Shown here: piece by piece, positions 57,348 to 64,000 of the stretch
Layout of the letters: each line of letters starts with the position of its first letter
Position numbering within the stretch: the stretch's first letter is position 1
Source of the DNA: an uncultured Gemmatimonadaceae bacterium
Lineage (GTDB): Bacteria > Gemmatimonadota > Gemmatimonadetes > Gemmatimonadales > Gemmatimonadaceae
Assembly (NCBI GenBank): GCA_963761305.1
Contig: CAVXGK010000001.1
Span: forward strand, 1,312,001-1,376,000
Length of the DNA stretch: 64,000 nt
Direction: 5' to 3'
Notes under the pieces: generated by a model
What the model was told of the DNA's origin: nothing
The model's input: the letters and a program-made list of their open reading frames with translations, nothing else
Databases searched by the model: none
Program-made: the position numbers and the translations under genes

Positions 57348-59942
57348 CTAGCGGCGCCGCTTCCCACGCTTGTGGTCGGGCCCGCGCTTCTTGAACTCCC
57401 CGCGGGCCTGCTTCGCGTGCTTCCCGCGCCGCTTGTCGTGCCGCTCCCGGCGGCGCTCGTCCGCGGCGCGGTCCATTTCGGCGAGCTCCTGCTCGGTGAA
57501 CGGGCGGTCGAGCTCCTCCTGCAGTTCGTCGAGCGTCGACGCACGCGCGGCGCCGCGGACGCCACGCGTCACGATGAAGCGCAGCGGTCGGTCGAGCGAC
57601 GGCAGCTCGGACTCGGTAAGGTTCCGCGCGACCTTCTCGGGAATGCGCAGTCGCGCGACGCCGACGGGTTTGCCTTCCGCCGTTTCTTCGACGTCGTAGT
57701 GGATCTCGACGTCGCGGCCGCGCACCGACGCCATCGACGGCAACGCGGCGTAGCGCGCTCGCACGGCCGCCGGCACGATGGCGTCGGCGTCGATCGACAC
57801 CGGCGTGCGGCGGAATTCGGTGAACGAATTCACCCGCGCCAGCTGTTGCTCGTACATCGCGACGAGGTCGGCGTAGCTCAGACGCGGCGTCTCGCCGCCG
57901 GAGCGCCGATACGTCTCGCGCACCGAGTCGATCGCGGCCTGACTCTCTCGCGCGCCGGGATGCCGCGCTTCGCCGCGCGCCAGCGCTTCGGCGAGCGCGT
58001 GTCGCGCCCGGTCGGCGAGCGACTCCGGAAAAACATCAATGGGTTCGACGTCGCGCTCGAGCTCGAACCCGTGATACTCGACGCGCCGCCGCACCGTGAG
58101 CGGCGAGCGCCGATGCTCGGCGTCGTACACGACCTCGGGATCCGCCACCGTCGCGAATTCACGAATGACGTCGCCCGGCAGCTGCGTCCCTTCGATCGAC
58201 GCGCGCGGGTTGCCGAACCGGTCGGCGAAGTAGCGGAGGTCGCCGGCGATGGCGCCCCAACTCCCGCACACACTCGTCTTCGAGACGCGCGCTTCCTCGC
58301 CCCACGGCGTCTGCTCGTCGACGACGAGTGAGAACGGCAGGATGTCGGCGACGAGGCGGCGGAACGCGCGCAGCGTGTCGTCGCCCGCGCGCGACATCTG
58401 CGTGGGTAGCCCGACGCCGACGGCGCGATAGACGCTCGCCATGCCGAGCGCGGCGTCCTCGATCGCCTTCACGAGCGCGCCGCGCCGTTCGGCCCAGCGC
58501 TGGATGCGATCTTCGTCGAATACGTGGCGCGGCAGCTCGTACACCATGCCGAGGGTGCCGGCCTGCTGGTACGCGTCGGCGTAGAGATTGTACGCTGTGA
58601 GGTGATCGCTGCCCGGCACGACCAGCCCCTCGAGATTCCGATCGTCGCGCGTCATCCGGTGCAGTGACTCGATGGACGCCATCACCGCGACGTGCGGCAG
58701 CAGCTCGTCGCCGCCGTGCACGAGCAACTCGGCCCAATTCCGCTCGACCGGCATCGCCTCGACGGCACGTCCGTACGTCGTGAGCCGGCCGTTCTCGGCG
58801 ATGCCGCGCTCCTCGAGCAAGGCGAGCGCGCGCCGGTACGCCGTCTTGTCGAGCGGCACCGGCAGATCGAGATCGTCCGCACGCACGCCGAGCGCCGCGC
58901 ACGTGATCGCCACGCGCTCCGAGTCGCCGGCGAGCTGAAACTCAGGCTCGGTCGGCTCGAGCGAGTCGAACTGGATGTCGCGGTCGGAGAGGATGAACAC
59001 GCGCCCGCCTTCGACGCGACCGTGCACGCGCCCGGCCATCTGCAGGATCTCGTTCGCGCCGAGGTGCTCCTGCGTGAGCACGTTGCGACCCTTGTCGATC
59101 GCATTGAAGAACTTCACGTCGTCGATGATCACCGTGTCGAGGCCGCGCACGTTGAGCGCGCTCTGCCCCGCCGCCGTCATGGCGAGGAAGAACGGCTTTC
59201 GCTCGCCGCCCTCGAGAAACGGCCGGAGTATGCGGACCGGTTCGCCGCCGTGGTAGAACGCCGTGTTGATGCGCGGCGCGGAATAGCGCACGTGCTCGGC
59301 CGCCTCTTCGACGCCGCGCCGCGTCGGCACGAACAGCGCGACGCCCCGACGATCCTTGCCGAGCTGGCGCAGAAAGCGATCGTCGAGGAACTCACGCGCC
59401 CGTTTTCGCACCACGCGCACCTGCGCCGCGCGGGACGGATCGAAGTCGTACACCTGAAGCACGTCCGACGAATTCAGATACTTGGCATAGAAGTCCGGGT
59501 TCACCGTCGCCGACAACCACACGAAGCGGCAGCCGACGCGTTTCCCGAGCGCGAGACACAGCTCGAGCTCGGCCGACGTCTGATGGATCTCGTCGACGAT
59601 GATCGTGTCGCTGCGGAGGATGTCGCCTTCCTCGAACCAGCGCCGCGCGATTCCGGTGGTGACGATGATGACGTTCCAGGTTGGCGTCTCGGGCGTCGCT
59701 TCGCGCTCGCGATTCACCACGCCCACCTTCAGTTCCTGCGTCGATAAGATCTCTTCGGCAATCGGCCGAATGGCGAGCGTCTTCCCCGTGCCCGTGCCGG
59801 CGACGATGCCGAAGCCCTTGCCGCCGCGCGCCAGCTCGCGCACGCGCGCGCCGTGCTGCTTTTCGAGAAACGTCTCAATGTGGAGATGCACCGCGAGCTC
59901 GATCGTCTCGCAGGCGGCGCGGGTGGGCGCGATCACGATCAC
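57348..59942 (-). CDS. DExH-box (SF2, HrpB-like) helicase; true start possibly ~60044
   Basis: AGTGTGKT, DEIH, SAT, QMAGRVHGR; basic C-terminal tail. Confidence 0.88.
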   Translation of the reverse strand: MIVIAPTRAACETIELAVHLHIETFLEKQHGARVRELARGGKGFGIVAGTGTGKTLAIRPIAEEILSTQELKVGVVNREREATPETPTWNVIIVTTGIARRWFEEGDILRSDTIIVDEIHQTSAELELCLALGKRVGCRFVWLSATVNPDFYAKYLNSSDVLQVYDFDPSRAAQVRVVRKRAREFLDDRFLRQLGKDRRGVALFVPTRRGVEEAAEHVRYSAPRINTAFYHGGEPVRILRPFLEGGERKPFFLAMTAAGQSALNVRGLDTVIIDDVKFFNAIDKGRNVLTQEHLGANEILQMAGRVHGRVEGGRVFILSDRDIQFDSLEPTEPEFQLAGDSERVAITCAALGVRADDLDLPVPLDKTAYRRALALLEERGIAENGRLTTYGRAVEAMPVERNWAELLVHGGDELLPHVAVMASIESLHRMTRDDRNLEGLVVPGSDHLTAYNLYADAYQQAGTLGMVYELPRHVFDEDRIQRWAERRGALVKAIEDAALGMASVYRAVGVGLPTQMSRAGDDTLRAFRRLVADILPFSLVVDEQTPWGEEARVSKTSVCGSWGAIAGDLRYFADRFGNPRASIEGTQLPGDVIREFATVADPEVVYDAEHRRSPLTVRRRVEYHGFELERDVEPIDVFPESLADRARHALAEALARGEARHPGARESQAAIDSVRETYRRSGGETPRLSYADLVAMYEQQLARVNSFTEFRRTPVSIDADAIVPAAVRARYAALPSMASVRGRDVEIHYDVEETAEGKPVGVARLRIPEKVARNLTESELPSLDRPLRFIVTRGVRGAARASTLDELQEELDRPFTEQELAEMDRAADERRRERHDKRRGKHAKQARGEFKKRGPDHKRGKRRR

Positions 59943-60047
59943 GCGTCCCGTCGGCGGCTCGGCCGCGACGAACGCGTCGTGTTCGGGGATGTACTTGTCG
60001 CGGACCGCTCGGATCGCGCGAGACTGCGACGACGGCGTGGTGACCGC

Positions 60048-60413
60048 TTACTCCGGTGGATGTCCCGGAAGAATCGCCGGAGGCTTCACGCCGGTGAAGC
60101 CCTTGGCTCCCGGCGGGAGCTTGTTCTTGTCGCCTTGCTTGGTCTTGGTCGAGTCGCCGTAGTCGTCACCGAACAGCACCTTGCCATGCGACGGCCGGTT
60201 CTTGATGGCCGTCGGGCAATCGGTCACGGCGGGCTGCTGAGCGGCCGGCACGTTCTCGAGCCAGATGCGGCACATCCCTTTTGGCGGACGTGAGTCGGCC
60301 GGCACCGCGGATTCATTTTTCCTCGCGCTGTCTTTTTGGTTCGCGTGCTGCGCCAGTGCAGGCGCTGCGTTCGCGACGAATCCGACGATGAGTACTGCAA
60401 ACACCCGCGTCAT
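60048..60413 (-). CDS. Secreted hypothetical protein (PPxGxCRIW motif)
   Basis: GGAGG RBS; signal peptide; VPADSRPPKGMCRIWLENVPAAQQPAVTDC. Confidence 0.75.
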   Translation of the reverse strand: MTRVFAVLIVGFVANAAPALAQHANQKDSARKNESAVPADSRPPKGMCRIWLENVPAAQQPAVTDCPTAIKNRPSHGKVLFGDDYGDSTKTKQGDKNKLPPGAKGFTGVKPPAILPGHPPE

Positions 60414-60462
60414 CAAGCCTCCATCCGCTACCCGAGGAGCCGGGTGGCGATGACCGTATTGG

Positions 60463-60571
60463 GCAGGGCCAGTGCCAGGGCCCGCCGGCGGTGTCGCCCG
60501 CGGAACACTAACGATTGCAACGACTTGGAGGAAACACTGTATACAGTCGAGCCCCGTCGGTGTCACCGACG
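60463..60571 (-). promoter_or_regulatory. Sigma54-type promoter region with IHF-like site and upstream palindromes
   Basis: TGGCAC-N5-CTGC (60477-60463); CAA-N4-TTG (60518-60527); ACTGTATACAGT; CGTCGGTG-T-CACCGACG. Confidence 0.5.
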
Positions 60572-60604
60572 TGGGAAAGCGGTGTCCGTACCGAGTGACG
60601 AACA

Positions 60605-61684
60605 TCAGTCGCCAAAGCTGACACCGGTCGCACGCGCGGTGAGCACGAGGTCGTGCGTCGGGTCCACACGCTTCGGATCGCGCAAAGCTTCCTTAATCGG
60701 AATCGTCACGATGTGCGGCGACTGCAGCGCCACCATGTGCGCCCACTTCTTCTCGGCGACCGCGCGCACCGCCGCGCCGCCGAAGCGCGTCGCCAGCAGA
60801 CGGTCGTAGCCCGTCGGCATCCCGCCGCGCTGGAGATGGCCGAGCACCAGCGAGCGCGTCTCCTTGCCGGTGCGCGCCTGAATCTCCCGCGCGATCGGCT
60901 CGCACAGCCCGCCGATGCGGCGCGCTTCGCCCGGCAGCGACTCGCCGAGCGTCGATGTCGTGCCGCCTTTCGGAAACGCGCCCTCGGCGACGACGACGAT
61001 CGAGAAATGACGGCCGGCGCGATCGCGCGCGTCGATCTTCTCGCAGACTTTCTCGATGTCGTACGGAATCTCGGGAATGAGGATGACGTCGGCGGTGCCG
61101 GCCACGCCCGAGTGCAGCGCGATGAATCCCGCGTCGCGCCCCATCACTTCCATGACGATCACGCGATCGTGCGACTCGGCGGTCGTGTGCAGCTTGTCGA
61201 TCGCTTCCATCGCCGTGTTGACCGCGGTGTCGAAGCCGAACGTGGTGATCGTCCCGCTCACGTCGTTGTCGATCGTCTTCGGCACGCCGACGATCTTCAT
61301 CCCCTTGTCGCAGAGCTGTTGGGCGATGAGAAGCGAGCCGTCGCCGCCGATCGAGATGAGCGCGTCGATCCCCAGCCGCGCCGCGTTCTGTATCAGCTCG
61401 TCCGAGCGATCCTCGCTCGTGATCGAGCCGTCCGGCTGCACGCGCGGGTAGTGAAACGGATTGCCTCGGTTCGTCGTGCGGAGGATCGTGCCGCCGAGGT
61501 GCGCGATGCCGCGCACCGTGTCGCGCGTCATCGGGATGACTTCGTCTTCGCCCATCAATCCGGCGAAGCCGCGCTTGATGCCGAGCACTTCCCAGCCGCG
61601 GTCGGCGGCCGAGAGCACAGCGGCTCGGATGACGGCGTTGAGTCCCGGCGCGTCGCCGCCGCCGGTGGAGATAGCGATTCTCAT
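60605..61684 (-). CDS. pfkA: 6-phosphofructokinase
   Basis: TGGGDAPGLN, GGTIL, IGGDGS, PKTIDND, EVMGR, LGHLQRGG. Confidence 0.95.
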   Translation of the reverse strand: MRIAISTGGGDAPGLNAVIRAAVLSAADRGWEVLGIKRGFAGLMGEDEVIPMTRDTVRGIAHLGGTILRTTNRGNPFHYPRVQPDGSITSEDRSDELIQNAARLGIDALISIGGDGSLLIAQQLCDKGMKIVGVPKTIDNDVSGTITTFGFDTAVNTAMEAIDKLHTTAESHDRVIVMEVMGRDAGFIALHSGVAGTADVILIPEIPYDIEKVCEKIDARDRAGRHFSIVVVAEGAFPKGGTTSTLGESLPGEARRIGGLCEPIAREIQARTGKETRSLVLGHLQRGGMPTGYDRLLATRFGGAAVRAVAEKKWAHMVALQSPHIVTIPIKEALRDPKRVDPTHDLVLTARATGVSFGD

Positions 61685-61691
61685 CCGTGCG

Positions 61692-61931
61692 CTAAGCGTT
61701 CGCGCCGCGACGCGCCTCCAACAGGCGAATGATCTCCCCCGGCGCCGCGTGTCGTTTCATTTTCGATTTCTCGAAGATCGGTTGGCCCTCGCACGACACC
61801 TCGAACCGGCCGCCGCTCGACGGAACCATTTCGATCTCGGCGCCCGGAAATCGCTGTCGAACCTCGGCGGCCAAACTGGTCGCCCGCGGTTCGTAGTTTC
61901 ACATCGTGCAGTATTCGATCCTCACGAACAC
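61692..61931 (-). CDS. SelW/Rdx-family selenoprotein (CxxU), 79 aa with UGA read as Sec
   Basis: AAAAGGAG RBS, GTG start; MFVRIEYCTM-U-NYEPRATSLAAEV...SSGGRFEV...IFEK; UGA at 61901-61899. Confidence 0.9.
61858..61893 (-). promoter_or_regulatory. Bacterial SECIS-like stem-loop
   Basis: CGAACC..GGCG.CCA-GUU-UGG.CGCC..GGUUCG just 3' of the UGA; apical-loop G at +23. Confidence 0.7.
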
Positions 61932-62054
61932 GCTGCGACTCCTTTTCGTCCGGGTTCGGTCACGAATCCACCTTGAAGCATAGTCCGATCCCGCAGCGCG
62001 TCGCGGCGCCGGCGGCCTGAGGTTGCGGGCCCCCACCCGTCTCGCCGTTCGCAG

Positions 62055-62336
62055 TCACCTCGGCACGTGCGTGACCTCCACGAGCCTCGAGATGACCGTG
62101 TCCTGCTTGGCGACCACCTGCTTGAGCGAATCGACGTCGCTCTGCAGTTGCGCGACGTCGCCTTTCACGGCGCTGATCTCGGTGGCCGCGTCGTTGAGCT
62201 CCTGCGCCATGGCCGCCTCGGCGCGAGGGTTCGCGCAGGCAAGCGGGGCGACGGCGAGCGCTGCGCCGATGATGAGCGCAAGACGGCCGGATCTGTGAGG
62301 CCGCGAGGGCGAGCGATGAAGTGAGCGAGGGCGCAT
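62055..62336 (-). CDS. Hypothetical coiled-coil lipoprotein
   Basis: Hydrophobic stretch ending PLAC, then heptad repeats (ISAVKGDVAQLQSDVDSLKQVV). Confidence 0.7.
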   Translation of the reverse strand: MRPRSLHRSPSRPHRSGRLALIIGAALAVAPLACANPRAEAAMAQELNDAATEISAVKGDVAQLQSDVDSLKQVVAKQDTVISRLVEVTHVPR

Positions 62337-62425
62337 GGGTCCGTGCGGCAGGCGTGGCGATGAAACGGTGTGGTCGGGAGCAAATTGGTGCCGCACGCCT
62401 GACGAGGCGAGGCTGAATTCCATAC

Positions 62426-62893
62426 GTGCCGCACTCGCCCCCGTGTCCGCCGTCGACGGTCGGCCGCCTCCCAACGCGGCCGGGGTTCTCCCTATTGGAG
62501 ATCACCGTGGTCTTGACCATCGTCGCGATCACCTTGGCCATCGTCGCCCCCCGTTTCGTCGCCTTTCGCGACGCCTCCGCCGTGCGCGGAGCGATGGCCG
62601 AGTTGGGCGGGCAGTTCGCGCTGGCGCGGCAGGCGGCGGTTGCACGGCGAGCCCCGACCTCCGTCGTGCTCGACACCGTTGCCGGCGTCGTGGAAGTGAG
62701 GAGCGGCGGTGTCAGGATCACACGGCGGCAGTTGGGCGATGCCTACGGGATCGTTTTGAGCTCGAATCGGGATTCGGCTGTGTACGACGCGCGCGGACTG
62801 GGGTATGGGGTGACGAACCTCACAGTTACAGCACGTCGCGGGCGATTTGTTGACACGTTGACAATGTCTCGGCTCGGGCGAACCAAGTGGTGA
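62426..62893 (+). CDS. FimT/GspH-like prepilin protein
   Basis: GFSLLEITVVLTIV methylation motif; LARQAAV; YDARG; SRLGR. Confidence 0.88.
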   Translation: MPHSPPCPPSTVGRLPTRPGFSLLEITVVLTIVAITLAIVAPRFVAFRDASAVRGAMAELGGQFALARQAAVARRAPTSVVLDTVAGVVEVRSGGVRITRRQLGDAYGIVLSSNRDSAVYDARGLGYGVTNLTVTARRGRFVDTLTMSRLGRTKW

Positions 62894-62966
62894 CGCTCCT
62901 TAGGTTTCTGGCTGGGCAGTTTGGGATGTGACGTTCGCCGGCGGGGGGTGGGTTATAGGCAAGGAC

Positions 62967-63506
62967 ATGAGCGACGATGCTGCCGACGTTCAACGCGTGC
63001 TGGCAGGCGACGTTGACGCTTACGCCGCGTTGGTCGACCGATACTACGACCGGTGCGCGCGATTTGCAGTTCGAATGCTGGGAAACCGCGACGATGCGGA
63101 AGATGCGCTGCAGGCGACGTTCGTCCGAGCCTACCGCGCGCTGGACCGGTATCAGGAACGTGACCGCTTCAGCGCCTGGTTGTATCGGATTCTGGTGAAT
63201 CAATGTCGTAGTGTTGCTGCACGCCGGGCCCATAGAGAGCGGGTGTTCGTGCGCGAGGAAGCACTTCTCGCCAACGCACCCGATCGGTCGCAAGGATGGA
63301 CCGGTGAGGACGAGGAGTTCGTCCAACGGGTGTTGAACGAGCTGGACCCGTTGCTCCGAGAGGCATTTCTCCTGAAGTACATCGAAGAGATGAGCTACGA
63401 GGAGATGTCCGCGCTGACTGGTGTCGGCGTCTCCGCGTTGAAAATGCGAGCGAAGCGCGCGTGCGATCGCCTTCGCGAGCGGTGGGAGCGGATCAAGAAT
63501 GACTGA
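62967..63506 (+). CDS. ECF sigma-70 factor
   Basis: DAEDALQATF.RAY, FSAWLYRI..N, REAFLLKY.EEMSYEEM. Confidence 0.93.
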   Translation: MSDDAADVQRVLAGDVDAYAALVDRYYDRCARFAVRMLGNRDDAEDALQATFVRAYRALDRYQERDRFSAWLYRILVNQCRSVAARRAHRERVFVREEALLANAPDRSQGWTGEDEEFVQRVLNELDPLLREAFLLKYIEEMSYEEMSALTGVGVSALKMRAKRACDRLRERWERIKND

Positions 63507-64000
63507 GCCGGATCTGAATCCGTACGTGGAGTGGATCGCCCGCGAGGCGCGGCGTCCCGTCGTCATCGACGCGGGCGCTCGTGATCGCGTCATGGCGGCC
63601 GTCCGTGCGGAGCCGATCCCTCATCGCTCCTTCGTGCGCCGCACCGGCCAGGCGTTCCAGCGATTCGCCGAGCCGCGCGCCCTCACTGTATCGCCGGCGT
63701 GGAGTTCGCTCCTCGCGGCGGGCCTCGTCGGCATCGGTGTCTTTGCCGGCGTGGAAACGACTAACCGGGACGGCCACCCGACGGCCGGGCAACCTCCGGT
63801 TGCTGCTGTCTCGCAGCTCCCGGTTTCTGACACGTTCGTGAAGTTCACCTTCGTCGCGCCGTCGGCCAAGCACGTCACCTTGGTCGGCGACTTCAACGAT
63901 TGGGACGTGTCCAAGACGCCAATGGCCCAAGCGGGCGGCACGTGGACGGTCGTCGTGCCCATGCCCGCCGGGCGCCATCAGTACTCGTTCGTGGTCGACG
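63499..64000 (+). CDS. Membrane protein with C-terminal CBM48/AMPK-beta-like (isoamylase early set) domain; candidate anti-sigma (truncated)
   Basis: Not in the ORF track. MTEPDLNP..., TM SLLAAGLVGIGVFAG, then FTFVAPSAKHVTLVGDFNDW...GTWTVVVPMPAGRHQYSFVVD. Confidence 0.85.
   Translation, partial: MTEPDLNPYVEWIAREARRPVVIDAGARDRVMAAVRAEPIPHRSFVRRTGQAFQRFAEPRALTVSPAWSSLLAAGLVGIGVFAGVETTNRDGHPTAGQPPVAAVSQLPVSDTFVKFTFVAPSAKHVTLVGDFNDWDVSKTPMAQAGGTWTVVVPMPAGRHQYSFVVD

Noticed and set aside
56881..57351. ORF with a poly-Leu/Met stretch resembling a TM or leader peptide
   Set aside because: Produced by the hexamer repeat; overlaps the GNAT gene out of frame.
62380..62393. CGGCAC...TTGC sigma54-like motif on the minus strand
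   Set aside because: GG-to-GC spacing is 9 nt, not the required 10.
1..64000. Prophage, IS, integron, defence island, tRNA or rRNA
   Set aside because: No integrase, transposase, phage structural, cas, RT or structural-RNA signatures recognised; composition looks uniform apart from the repeat loops.

Overview
High-GC, gene-dense bacterial chromosomal segment with about 65 CDSs. The family content (PadR plus ADOP-type ABC permease pairs, large secreted S9/M28/M20 peptidases with GGRGG linkers, three DinB proteins, DUF1800, TonB) suggests Gemmatimonadota or a similar soil lineage; this is inference. I saw no rRNA, tRNA, CRISPR array, integrase or transposase. Recognisable housekeeping genes: can, two ggt, ispH, pfkA, and an xdhC-IscU-like-mocA cassette. 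Best leads: (1) a promoter-defined, multi-helix ~140-nt leader RNA upstream of an ankyrin gene that has a small N-terminal helical domain; (2) an unannotated SelW/Rdx selenoprotein (CxxU, in-frame UGA, SECIS-like hairpin) next to pfkA; (3) a family of intergenic palindromic elements built from CGGA-periodic units, plus 6-, 7- and 8-mer periodic tracts; (4) a missed 50-aa AP2-like small protein; (5) a protein with a histone-like tail and a possible partial histone fold; (6) an ECF sigma factor with a CBM48-bearing candidate anti-sigma; (7) two single-base frameshifts. All product calls come from motif recognition by eye, not from database searches.
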